Positions 17,906-27,314 of a stretch of 64,000 bases of DNA are shown here, piece after piece. Source of the DNA: an uncultured Pseudomonadales bacterium (GTDB lineage: Bacteria; Patescibacteriota; Microgenomatia; UBA1400; PJMF01); the NCBI GenBank assembly GCA_964625685.1, contig CAZVBO010000003.1:64298-128297 (forward strand). The letters are read 5' to 3'. A model generated the notes under the pieces. That model was not told the DNA's origin. It ran no database searches and worked only from the letters and a program-made list of their open reading frames with translations. Numbering within the stretch: position 1 is the first letter of the stretch; every line of letters starts with the position of its first letter. The translations under genes and the position numbers were made by a program.

Positions 17906-19318
17906 TTAATTCAATAACTCAATTATTTCCTCTTTTGTTAAATAATTATCATGATTTATTTCTAGTGAATCACCCTGAATTACTCTAGCAACATCTTGTT
18001 TTTTCGCTAATCTGTCTTCAACAAATAGATCGATTGAGTCAGAACAAAGAAGCTTAATAATCCGGCAACGTTTCTCCTGTGAGATTCTATGTATTCTGTC
18101 CTGAGATTGTAGATAATCGACCAAGTTAAAAGATCGATCAAGGTAAATGGCATTATTAGCGGCGGTGAGGGTCAACCCTTCCCTTGCTGCAGAAGGGTTG
18201 GCAACCATAACCTTATATTCAGGATCCTCCTGAAAAGATTTAATATATTTATTTCTCCGAGCAATCTCAACTCCACCATAAATATTAAGAGATCCATACT
18301 TACGGTATCTAGACTTTAGTCCTTTGACATTGTCAACAAATGAGGACCATATAATTACCTTTTCTCCGCTGTGAACAATTTCCTTAACCAATTTATCTAG
18401 AGCAGTAAATTTTGCAGGAGTTTCCTTATAGTCCTTCACAACCAAACCTGGGTTACTAGATATTTGAACTAAGCGTAGAAGCTTTTTTAATATTGATTTG
18501 GCTTCATCAACAATTTTTTCTTCAGGAGTATTGATTATTTCAATGAGTAGTTCTTTTTTGAGTTTCTCATATATTTCGGATTGTTTGGGTGCCATGTCAA
18601 CCACAATCTGCTCATACACTTTCTCTGGAAGCTCAAGAACATTTTCCTTTAAACGTCTTATCGATATCGGGGATATTTTTTTCTGTAATTCTAAATAAAG
18701 ATCCGTTGAACCTTTATCCAAGTTCCCATACCGTTTTTTAAATACCTTAAAATCTTTCCCAAGACTTTCTCCTTTATCGAGAAAATAAAACTGTGCCCAA
18801 ATATCCGTTGGTTTGTTTGCTACAGGCGTACCGCTCAGAATATATCTCCTGGTGGCCAATTTAGATAAACCATTAATTGCTTCAAAGGTTTGGCTCTCTG
18901 GATTCTTAATCCTCTGTGACTCATCAAGAACAACCACAAATTTTTGAGACTCTAGAAGTAACTCAACAATCTCCAATTCCGCTTTAACACCCTCATAATT
19001 AAGAATAAAAATATTCGCAGAAGTAAGAAATCTGTATCCCTTTGATCTGCCACTGCCAGTAATTACAGCTGGAACTAAAAAACTGTGTTTCTTAATTTCA
19101 GACTGCCAGGTATACATTAACGTTTTTGGACAAACGATTAATGCGGCGTCTGTTTTTTTAGTCTTTAACAAAGAAATTATTGTATCTATGACTTCCTTGG
19201 TCTTACCGACCCCTTGTTCATCAAAAAGAGCTGCGTTTGGTTTGGAAACAAGAAAATTTATAGCTTCAAGCTGATGAGGGAAAGGTTGTGTTTTCTTCCT
19301 AAGGTAGTTTTTAGTCAT
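17906..19318 (-). CDS. SNF2-family SF2 helicase/translocase
   Basis: PFPHQ, DEQGVGKT, LDESQRIKN, LSGTP, EGLTLT, QSQDRIHRISQ. Confidence 0.93.
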   Translation of the reverse strand: MTKNYLRKKTQPFPHQLEAINFLVSKPNAALFDEQGVGKTKEVIDTIISLLKTKKTDAALIVCPKTLMYTWQSEIKKHSFLVPAVITGSGRSKGYRFLTSANIFILNYEGVKAELEIVELLLESQKFVVVLDESQRIKNPESQTFEAINGLSKLATRRYILSGTPVANKPTDIWAQFYFLDKGESLGKDFKVFKKRYGNLDKGSTDLYLELQKKISPISIRRLKENVLELPEKVYEQIVVDMAPKQSEIYEKLKKELLIEIINTPEEKIVDEAKSILKKLLRLVQISSNPGLVVKDYKETPAKFTALDKLVKEIVHSGEKVIIWSSFVDNVKGLKSRYRKYGSLNIYGGVEIARRNKYIKSFQEDPEYKVMVANPSAAREGLTLTAANNAIYLDRSFNLVDYLQSQDRIHRISQEKRCRIIKLLCSDSIDLFVEDRLAKKQDVARVIQGDSLEINHDNYLTKEEIIELLN

Positions 19319-19319
19319 A

Positions 19320-19712
19320 TTATTCTGGTAGCAACCTATCGGGGATTGGCAGCAATAGTATGTTTCCATCCTGGGAGACCCCACCTACTAAACCCTGAAT
19401 CCGATTTTCTGCTGAGATTGGAAAACCCAAATATATTTTTAAATCAGTAATTACATCTTTTTGCGCAGATATAAAATCCTCCAGCTGTTCATGGGTTCTT
19501 GTACCAAAATCATCAGCGGTTTTTGCTTCTCCGATTGCCAAGCTACCTGACTTCATACCAATGAGATCCGGGCGGTGCCTCTTTATTTTTGGTGGTAATG
19601 ATATCTTTTGCTCATTTTCTGAATAACCCTCAAAGGAGATAACCTCATAGCCGTCAAGGATCATTTTCCTAGCTACTAGCTCGGCTATAAACTGATGCGC
19701 TTTTGAAGCCAT
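19320..19712 (-). CDS. Small PD-(D/E)xK nuclease-like protein
   Basis: H...RPDLIG...IGEAKT...QL motif. Confidence 0.7.
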   Translation of the reverse strand: MASKAHQFIAELVARKMILDGYEVISFEGYSENEQKISLPPKIKRHRPDLIGMKSGSLAIGEAKTADDFGTRTHEQLEDFISAQKDVITDLKIYLGFPISAENRIQGLVGGVSQDGNILLLPIPDRLLPE

Positions 19713-19713
19713 A

Positions 19714-20730
19714 TTATTTCAATACGGATTGAGCAGTTATTATTAGCTGTTCAATCTTCGCTTTCTTGGCAGGTTCCTCTTCTCTTATTTGCGTTACCTC
19801 ATAATGTCTTAAATGCTTAAGTTGTTCAGTTACCTTTTCTATATCTCTAAATAGTGGCGAGACAACATCAGGTTTAACTGAGGCAAGTAAATCCATCGCT
19901 TCGTCATACCCTTTTTTCTTGAAGACTTCTGCAACTTCATCACTAGAAAAAATTTCTGGTAAATCACGAACGTCAATTGCTCGTGGTATTTTTTCTTCAG
20001 CAACCCATCGACAATAATCGTCTATAGAAAACTCACCAGAACGCAGTAAATTCCTTACCTTCTGCTTTCCAACCAACTCGACAAAATAACTGTACTTTTC
20101 TAAAGGATTGTCAACATCTTCTCCGTAATGAGGTAGGAAGTTGTCCCTCATAACTTCAAATGCCTTGATATCATGTTTGATTTCTGTCTCACTAGATCGA
20201 GCTTCTCTGGCTAATCTTTCCGTTGTGTATCCATTCTCCTTTAAATTAAATAGATAACGGGCTCTTTCATAGGGATCCCAAGCTTGCTTTCCTCCCAGGT
20301 GATATTCAAGTCTGAGAAAAGCAATTGTCTCCTGTGGTGTAGTGGAAGGTAAAACCCTAGCTTTAATTGTCTTCCATTCTTCTTTGTGGGGGTATTTGCG
20401 TGAAAGATCTTCAAACACTAGCCTGCGAGTGTTTCCCTCGATAACAATGTATTCATCACGCTGTTGGACAACCCAAATAGGTTCTAAAAGTCCTTTTGTC
20501 TCAATCGATTCCTTAAGAGAGTCATACTTGGCTTTTGTCTTAACCTTCAAGCCAAGCATAAGTTGTTTTTGAGTAACGTCTTTTTGCTTAACCCCCTTGG
20601 AAATATAGCTATCAATCAAAAACTGAATTCTTGGGTTATCAACATCGAGAAATACTTTATCAATGGGAATTTCTTGAGAAGGTACACTCCCTATTAGTTC
20701 TGATGATAGCTTTTGTTTCTTCATATTCAT
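19714..20730 (-). CDS. ParB/Srx-N domain protein, paralog of 16787-17902
   Basis: DNPRI, GLLEPIWV, IEGNTRR, WDPYERA. Confidence 0.82.
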   Translation of the reverse strand: MNMKKQKLSSELIGSVPSQEIPIDKVFLDVDNPRIQFLIDSYISKGVKQKDVTQKQLMLGLKVKTKAKYDSLKESIETKGLLEPIWVVQQRDEYIVIEGNTRRLVFEDLSRKYPHKEEWKTIKARVLPSTTPQETIAFLRLEYHLGGKQAWDPYERARYLFNLKENGYTTERLAREARSSETEIKHDIKAFEVMRDNFLPHYGEDVDNPLEKYSYFVELVGKQKVRNLLRSGEFSIDDYCRWVAEEKIPRAIDVRDLPEIFSSDEVAEVFKKKGYDEAMDLLASVKPDVVSPLFRDIEKVTEQLKHLRHYEVTQIREEEPAKKAKIEQLIITAQSVLK

Positions 20731-20739
20731 GATTGATTA

Positions 20740-21570
20740 TCATTTCGAATTGTTATTGAAAATCATAATTTCTTCAACAACTCTTCTTTTGCTTGTAAAA
20801 CCAGCAATGCTTCTTCTGACGGAGACCGTTTTAAAATTGAATCCTTCCTTTAGTAAATCAGCTTCTTCGGACTCAGCATAACTTACAACAAACTGGATTC
20901 CCTTTTTATCGAGTCTGTCCATCCATTTCTTGAGGCACATTATATCATTCATTCCGAATATTGACTTGTCGTATTTGTTAAATATTTTTTTTGATCTCAC
21001 ACTAAAAGGAGGATCCATATAAACAAAGTCACCTTTACGAACTTTTTTCAAGGTTTCTTCAAAACCATTTGAGTGCAATTCAGCATTTTTTAACAATTTT
21101 GCCGCAGTGAAGAAAACCTCGTCTGTGGGCATAACACCCTTATCATCACCACAATACGGAACATTAAATTCTCCTTTACTGTTTGTTCTATACAACCCAT
21201 TGAAACAAAATCTGTTTAAGTAGATAAACCTTGCAGCTCTTTTATTCGGAGACAGTTTGTCGGGCTTTAACGCTCGAATTTTATAGTAATCCTCTTTGCT
21301 TTTATTCAGCTTCTTTATCGCTTTTAGGACAGAGCCAGTATCATTTGAAATCTGTCTATAGGTAGTAATTAATTCTTCATTAATGTCACTCAACAACGCT
21401 TTTTTAGGAGCCAGGCTAAAAAATAAACAGGCTGAGCCAACAAATGGTTCAACGTACCTATTAAAGTCATCACTCCAAAATTCAGATAAAACAGGAATGA
21501 GTTGTCGTTTACTTCCAGCCCATCTTAAAAAGGGCTGAGCAACACTAGTGGTTTTATTATTTTTTTTCAT
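20740..21570 (-). CDS. Dam-family (D12 class) N6-adenine DNA methyltransferase
   Basis: FLRWAGSKR, EPFVGS, FNGLYR.N..G.FNVPY, DPPF. Confidence 0.93.
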   Translation of the reverse strand: MKKNNKTTSVAQPFLRWAGSKRQLIPVLSEFWSDDFNRYVEPFVGSACLFFSLAPKKALLSDINEELITTYRQISNDTGSVLKAIKKLNKSKEDYYKIRALKPDKLSPNKRAARFIYLNRFCFNGLYRTNSKGEFNVPYCGDDKGVMPTDEVFFTAAKLLKNAELHSNGFEETLKKVRKGDFVYMDPPFSVRSKKIFNKYDKSIFGMNDIMCLKKWMDRLDKKGIQFVVSYAESEEADLLKEGFNFKTVSVRRSIAGFTSKRRVVEEIMIFNNNSK

Positions 21571-21807
21571 ATTTAAACACCAACTAGACACTATGTTAAT
21601 TCAGTATACGATAGCGGATCACCTTTGGCGATCCTCATTGTTCTTTAGCAACTGTGACCGATTACGACCGCTTTTGTGGGACGTTTGTTACTTGGTTGGA
21701 CTAGTTATACCCTGGAAACAAAGTCTGGAGAATTTTAAGGCATTCATTGAAGACTAATAGCAACAATCTTTAACGTTAACCCAATCAATAGGGGGAAAGG
21801 TATCAAG

Positions 21808-22629
21808 CTATATACTGTGTTTTTCCTCAATGTAATGCCCTGCCAGATTATCATCTCTTGAAGTCCAGGTTATTGTGGATTTTGTCTTAAGATAAAGCTC
21901 GTGGGCCAGGCTAATGAATTTTTTGTGCCGAGTGGACAGTTTTCCTTTTCGAAATTGTTTCTCATGATATTTGCCCCAACCTCTGACAGCCCAATTTGCC
22001 GCAATCTTACTATCAGTCTTAACTTCAGTTGGTTTGCCCTCAGAAAAACCTCTTAAACAGGCAATGATGCCCAATATTTCACCTTCGTTGTTCGAAAAAT
22101 CGCCAATCCACTTTTCCATAAGAATGGTGCCTTCTTCATCACAGACAACGACAATTGTTTGTTGCCGCCCCTTTTGTCCATTGTTTTTTGTACCCGCATC
22201 ACAAAACAATATCTTTTGGGGTGTTGGTTTAGGATTAGCCTTTTTGGAAGTAGGCGTGTTATCAACTGCGCCGGGGATGGAGACAGAGATGTTTGACTTC
22301 AGTTTTCCCTTATTTTGTTGAAGCTCGGCCGCAATACGAAAAGCCACTTCTTTTCCAACTTCTTTGATAAATGCTTTCGAAGGCTTCCAAGTTATATTTA
22401 AGCCAGGCTGATAAGTCGTGGCATGTGTTCCGCATTTTTTGCATTTTACCCACAAACCTTTAGTTAGACTGCTAAGAGTGTAATATCCCTCACAAAGAGT
22501 AGAACAACGCTCACATCTTACTTTTTCGAAAGCATCATTGTTATCTTCTTGGTCAAATAGTCCGGCTGATTTCATATTTTTAGAATTTCTACTCAATTCT
22601 GATGATACAGAAAAACTGATTTCTATCAT
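21808..22629 (-). CDS. Zinc-ribbon + RNase H type-1-like protein
   Basis: CERC...CKKC followed by FCDAG, NNEGE, TDSK, W.SR..NLA. Confidence 0.75.
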   Translation of the reverse strand: MIEISFSVSSELSRNSKNMKSAGLFDQEDNNDAFEKVRCERCSTLCEGYYTLSSLTKGLWVKCKKCGTHATTYQPGLNITWKPSKAFIKEVGKEVAFRIAAELQQNKGKLKSNISVSIPGAVDNTPTSKKANPKPTPQKILFCDAGTKNNGQKGRQQTIVVVCDEEGTILMEKWIGDFSNNEGEILGIIACLRGFSEGKPTEVKTDSKIAANWAVRGWGKYHEKQFRKGKLSTRHKKFISLAHELYLKTKSTITWTSRDDNLAGHYIEEKHSI

Positions 22630-22843
22630 AGTTGACCATCATAGAAAATCTTAGTTGAGAGTTTTTGCCGGATTACCGGTATTTTTCACTCAATTTTCTA
22701 CTTGCGATTGCTGACAAACACGAGCCCTGAGCCACTGTGGCCGCTTTTGTGAGGCTTTCCGACCTCACCTGGCAGTTGTTTGGGGGTCTCAACAAATAAA
22801 ACGCCCGTTTGGGGAGTTGTTGGAGAAATTCAAACAAATATTA

Positions 22844-23455
22844 TCAATCACCATGAAGATAAACCACTGCACCGACAATTTTATCATCCATCACGTAAGG
22901 AACAATAACTTCCGCCTCTGAGTAAAGGTCGTTAAGATATGTCATTCTCAGCCCATTAACATTAGCTTGTAAGCCATAAAGCTTGTCCCTCTTACCCAAC
23001 AGGATATCTTTTATCAAAGCTTCTTTGCGCGTCTCAATTGACGTGGTGATAACACCGCCTGAGAAGAACAGCTTTACAATTCGGTCCTGATCCAAGGTAA
23101 TAAAATACATGGGTTGATTATTGGCTAAACTCACATCGCTGAAGTATCCGGGAACGTCTATGGTAGAGGACTCAGATGCGGTAGCTTCTGTTAATAAATC
23201 CAATCTGGATCTAATGTCTGCCACACATTCAGCATTCCCATTGCATTCAACTGCTTCCGGCAGTATCTTGGTAAAAACTTCATCAAAGAACTGTGGATTC
23301 TCCCGCATTAACTCGGAAACCTGAGCGCTTCTGAGTGTATAGACCCCCTTACCACTCTCATACAAACGCCAAGATACGAAGGCAAGTCCAACAAGTACTA
23401 AAACAATAAGAGCAGTAGCAATACCTAAAAGAGGTTTAGTGAAACGTTTTTTCAT
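22844..23455 (-). CDS. Membrane-anchored hypothetical protein
   Basis: N-terminal TM helix, 203 aa. Confidence 0.7.
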   Translation of the reverse strand: MKKRFTKPLLGIATALIVLVLVGLAFVSWRLYESGKGVYTLRSAQVSELMRENPQFFDEVFTKILPEAVECNGNAECVADIRSRLDLLTEATASESSTIDVPGYFSDVSLANNQPMYFITLDQDRIVKLFFSGGVITTSIETRKEALIKDILLGKRDKLYGLQANVNGLRMTYLNDLYSEAEVIVPYVMDDKIVGAVVYLHGD

Positions 23456-23472
23456 ACTGACTTAATTTTAGC

Positions 23473-24465
23473 TTAAAGCTTCTCGATCTCCCAGCCATCA
23501 TTGTCATAAACAATCACCTGGCCACCTTGAGTGATGGTAAGGCTAACGGTTGGGTAGCGGGTGTTTTTGATTGAAGCACACCAGACACCATCGTCTCGTT
23601 GATAGGCAGTTTCAAGAGTCTGGTCCGTGTCTCCACATTGCTCATACTCTTCCGTGTGAGGATCCTCGTAATCAACCCACCTGACAAAGAAGTTGCCAGG
23701 TTTAGTACCTTGAAACTCATAAGTCATCTGAGCGATATCAACACCCAGAATATCCTGATGATCTTTCATAAACTTTTCTGCCACCGGCCGGATGGCTTCG
23801 GCAGTAGTGTAGCGGGGAGTATTGTCATATTCTGGCTGTGGATCAAACCAACGGGAATCATCATCATTAGTACCCCATCTGCGCTCAGCCTCTCCAACTT
23901 CAACAATGTAGTTGGTGTTGGGATCAACAGTAAAGCCAAACCCACCAGCTGAGTAATGTTCTGAAGCAGGACTGGAATAATCGGTCCCAGTATCATCGGG
24001 ATTGCCATTAAAGCGACTACACAAAAACTCAACCGGCATGTCAGAAGATCCTAGGAACTTCTGAATATTAGTCACTGCTTGTTCTCGCTCTTGTGCAGAG
24101 CGGGCAGTCAACAAACAAAACTTCTCTCGGGCTTCTTTATAAACCTGCGTATCCTTATTAGGGTTTTCCTCCATTACTGCCAGCAATTCTGAGATTTCTG
24201 TAGCCTTTTTTAACTCAGAGGATTGATCACCCAAAAGAAGCCTAACTGAGTCATTAAACGACAACTTATCAAAACAACCAGTGAAGTAATTCCATTTATC
24301 ACCCTCCATCTGAGTTGTGATCGGGAACTGCATATGGGTTTGGGCAAGACAATACCGCTCCTTCGCACCTTTGACACGCAGTACACCAATAAACAGAAGT
24401 ATCGAGAGAATAAACAGCACCCCGACAAGAGGTATAAGACGATTTTTAGATTTCTTCATTGTCAT
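23473..24465 (-). CDS. Membrane-anchored exported hypothetical protein
   Basis: N-terminal TM helix, several Cys, 330 aa. Confidence 0.7.
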   Translation of the reverse strand: MTMKKSKNRLIPLVGVLFILSILLFIGVLRVKGAKERYCLAQTHMQFPITTQMEGDKWNYFTGCFDKLSFNDSVRLLLGDQSSELKKATEISELLAVMEENPNKDTQVYKEAREKFCLLTARSAQEREQAVTNIQKFLGSSDMPVEFLCSRFNGNPDDTGTDYSSPASEHYSAGGFGFTVDPNTNYIVEVGEAERRWGTNDDDSRWFDPQPEYDNTPRYTTAEAIRPVAEKFMKDHQDILGVDIAQMTYEFQGTKPGNFFVRWVDYEDPHTEEYEQCGDTDQTLETAYQRDDGVWCASIKNTRYPTVSLTITQGGQVIVYDNDGWEIEKL

Positions 24466-24589
24466 AGTATGTTCCTTTCTCCAAAGTTTGCCGATGTTAG
24501 CTTCCTTTGCTGCTAAAAGTCAAGTTTCTGCCAACATCTGCTACCTGGCTAATTTTAGCATAAATGATGACAAGGAGTCCGTGTTAGAT

Positions 24590-24604
24590 GTGACTGAGAG
24601 TCAC
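24590..24604. promoter_or_regulatory. C-box-like operator
   Basis: GTGACT-GAG-AGTCAC perfect inverted repeat 12 nt upstream of the XRE ATG. Confidence 0.6.
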
Positions 24605-24616
24605 TACCCTAGAGAC

Positions 24617-24844
24617 ATGGGTAAACCAATTTCACACCAACACATTCTTAAGAAGTTCGGAGCTAAATTGCAAAAGACCAGGAAAAGCAAAGGCGTAACG
24701 CAGGAAGAACTGGCGTTTAGGATGTCCATGGATCGGACTTATATCGGCATGATTGAGCGCGGTGAGCGCAATCCGACTATACGAACGCTCTACAAAATCG
24801 CCAAAGCGCTGAAAGTTGATTCTTCGGAATTGTTGCCGTTTTAA
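24617..24844 (+). CDS. XRE/controller (C)-protein-like HTH
   Basis: TQEELA...DRTYIGMIERGERNPT...IAKAL. Confidence 0.9.
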   Translation: MGKPISHQHILKKFGAKLQKTRKSKGVTQEELAFRMSMDRTYIGMIERGERNPTIRTLYKIAKALKVDSSELLPF

Positions 24845-24923
24845 TTTTTTTCTTACACCTAAACCCATTTAATCCCCGCTTCATCTTGCGTGATGTAGAA
24901 TATAGCTAAACCCATTCAGGGTT

Positions 24924-25205
24924 TTGAATATGTCAGGATTGTTATCGCTAAAATATACAACGTTGTATAAAGCCTTAACCCACCCTATCAGGTTGGAGTT
25001 AGTTAACTTGTTGTTTGAAAAACGTCAGGATGTGGGAAGGCTTGGTGAACAACTCAGCATCAGACAATCAAATGTCAGCCAGCATTTGCAGGTGTTAAGA
25101 AAAAATGGTTTTGTCTTATCTGAAAAAGTGGGCAAACGCAGGATTTACTCTCTAAATCCTGAGTATAAAAAGATAGTAAGCTACTTGATGAAATTTGAGC
25201 CATGA
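24924..25205 (+). CDS. ArsR/SmtB-family regulator
   Basis: KALTHPIRL...QSNVSQHLQVLR..G. Confidence 0.88.
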   Translation: MNMSGLLSLKYTTLYKALTHPIRLELVNLLFEKRQDVGRLGEQLSIRQSNVSQHLQVLRKNGFVLSEKVGKRRIYSLNPEYKKIVSYLMKFEP

Positions 25206-25879
25206 AAATACTAATTATTGAAGACGACCAAATTCTTGCCAAAAACCTGAAAGAGGTGTTAGTAAAGGACGGCTTTGCAGTCGACGTCGCCTTCTCTAAG
25301 GATGGTGGCTTGGTGGAAATAGAAGTCAATGAGTATGACTGTGTAGTGCTCGATATAAATTTGCCTGATGGCAGCGGCTTTGATTTGTTGAAAGAACTTC
25401 GTCAAAGTGAAAATCAAACACCAGTAATTATCGTCACTGCCCGTGGTGAGATTGAAGATAGAGTAAAAGGACTTAATCTAGGCGCCGATGATTATGTACC
25501 TAAACCGATTGATTCCAATGAACTTATTGCCCGCATCAGAGCAGTTATTCGCCGTAATAGTCAAAGTGCCTTGCCAGTGATTACGATAGGTGATCTGGTG
25601 GTAAAACCAGCAGATCACCTTGCAAAAGTTGGAAACAACACCTTAGATTTAACCGCCAAAGAGTTTGCGGTTCTTGAGTACCTCGCCCAACACAGCGGAC
25701 AAGCCGTGACCCGCACCATGCTGATGGAGCATATCTGGGGTAGTGATTTTGATACTTTCTCCAACGTCATTGATGTCTATATCCGAAATTTAAGAAGAAA
25801 ATTAGAAAAACACTCTAAAGACAAACTAATCACTACAATCCGTGGTAAAGGCTATATTTTGGGCAAACATGAGAAATAA
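25202..25879 (+). CDS. OmpR-family response regulator
   Basis: IEDD, LDINLP, GADDY.PKP, C-terminal wHTH TIRGKGY. Confidence 0.95.
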   Translation: MKILIIEDDQILAKNLKEVLVKDGFAVDVAFSKDGGLVEIEVNEYDCVVLDINLPDGSGFDLLKELRQSENQTPVIIVTARGEIEDRVKGLNLGADDYVPKPIDSNELIARIRAVIRRNSQSALPVITIGDLVVKPADHLAKVGNNTLDLTAKEFAVLEYLAQHSGQAVTRTMLMEHIWGSDFDTFSNVIDVYIRNLRRKLEKHSKDKLITTIRGKGYILGKHEK

Positions 25880-27230
25880 ACTACGACACATAACCAGAAC
25901 ACTCAGAGGTAAATTGTCTTTGTGGTATTTGACCTCTGTGGCTCTGATTATCGCCGTCTTTCTAACTGCTGCCGGCATCTTGTTTTGGGTCACTCTGCAA
26001 GACCAAATTGACCATCATGTCCATATTGCCGTTAACGAGGCCAGTGAAATTGTCCAAAATTACCAGGGTGAAGAAAGAGACGAACTTCTGAAAAATCTGG
26101 TCAGCGCACAGGGGATGACCATCATTGTTTTATCTCCTGACGGTGCACCTGTTCTAGAAACCAATAGCCCAGATGTTGCCTTGGTTACTGAACATCAGTT
26201 GCAGAAAATCCTGACCTCCAGTAGCCTCTATGAATCAGCTCCGGTTCACTTCACCGAAAGCAATATCCGTTTTGCAGCCATGCCGGTACAGATCAGTGCC
26301 GGTAAGGGTATTCTGGCGGTGGGTTATTCCACCCAGGTGCTGTATGCCACCTTTAGCAAAATGTTGTTGATTGTCGCCGGCATCGTAGTTCTCCTGGTTT
26401 TACCTATCACCTTTCTTGGTTACCGTCTTCTTAAGAAACAGCTTCAACCCTTAGAAAGTATCGCCAGTCAAGCCGAAAAAATCAGTGACAGTTCTGCTCT
26501 TACTAAACGCATAAGTACCAATTCAGCCACAGAAGAATTGGTTGCCATTCAGACTGCCCTTAATTCCATGCTGGCACAGCTACAAAAAATCTTCTCCAGC
26601 GAACGTCAGTTTTTCTCTGATGCAGCTCACACGCTCAAAACTCCTCTGGCGGTACTACGATCACAAATAGAAACAAGTGACATCACCCAAAAAATGAGAC
26701 AGGAATTGCTATCCACTATTGATACCACTAGTGACACCATTGGCGACTTGCTTTTTCTCTCTAAGGTCGGCGGTAAATCACAGAGGATAGAGAAACTTTC
26801 ACTCACTCAACTTGTGCAAGACTTAGCGGAGTTAACTACAACTTTAGGAGAAGACAAAGGATTGAAGGTTACCTCAGATATTCAGGACAATGTTCAATTT
26901 AAGGCTGACAAAAAACTACTCCAGCGTGCTTTGGCAAACATCGCTCACAACGCAGTTTCATATAATCGTCCTAAAGGGACTATCAATATCAGTCTAAAGA
27001 AACAAACCGGAAAAGTTATTATTAAGATCTCTGATACCGGAATGGGCATCAAAAAAAGCGATCAGACAAAACTCTTCACCCGTTTTTTCAGGGGAGAAAA
27101 CGCCGTAAGTAAAGGCTCAGGGCTGGGGCTGGCAATTGCCAAGGCAGTTGTTGAGGATCTGGGCGGGAAAATAGAGCTTAAATCCGTGGTTAACAAAGGG
27201 ACATCTGTCTTAATTACCCTTCCGGCATAA
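25869..27230 (+). CDS. Sensor histidine kinase
   Basis: 2 TM, HAMP, AAHTLKTPL, N-box, DTGMGI, GSGLGL. Confidence 0.95.
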   Translation: MRNKLRHITRTLRGKLSLWYLTSVALIIAVFLTAAGILFWVTLQDQIDHHVHIAVNEASEIVQNYQGEERDELLKNLVSAQGMTIIVLSPDGAPVLETNSPDVALVTEHQLQKILTSSSLYESAPVHFTESNIRFAAMPVQISAGKGILAVGYSTQVLYATFSKMLLIVAGIVVLLVLPITFLGYRLLKKQLQPLESIASQAEKISDSSALTKRISTNSATEELVAIQTALNSMLAQLQKIFSSERQFFSDAAHTLKTPLAVLRSQIETSDITQKMRQELLSTIDTTSDTIGDLLFLSKVGGKSQRIEKLSLTQLVQDLAELTTTLGEDKGLKVTSDIQDNVQFKADKKLLQRALANIAHNAVSYNRPKGTINISLKKQTGKVIIKISDTGMGIKKSDQTKLFTRFFRGENAVSKGSGLGLAIAKAVVEDLGGKIELKSVVNKGTSVLITLPA

Positions 27231-27248
27231 CTTCTCCACTACTATACA

Positions 27249-27268
27249 TTTCATCTTCTTTTCATCTT
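27249..27268 (+). promoter_or_regulatory. OmpR-type tandem box TTTCATCTT-N2-TTTCATCTT (copy 1)
   Basis: 11-bp period direct repeat upstream of the 27315 operon; recurs at 32548 and 35968. Confidence 0.7.
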
Positions 27269-27314
27269 AGGGCTGTTAATCTGCATACAAATACCTTAAT
27301 CAGGAGAAAAAAGT

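Noticed and set aside
21548-21757. Short plus-strand ORF as a leftover LSR tail or third att site
   Set aside because: No TGGCTC core or tRNA similarity; too weak to support.
22700-22815. SRP RNA, c-di-GMP riboswitch or retron ncRNA
   Set aside because: Only a superficial CAGGTGAGGTCGGAAAG likeness; lacks the SRP AGCAG motif and riboswitch consensus, and no reverse transcriptase is nearby.
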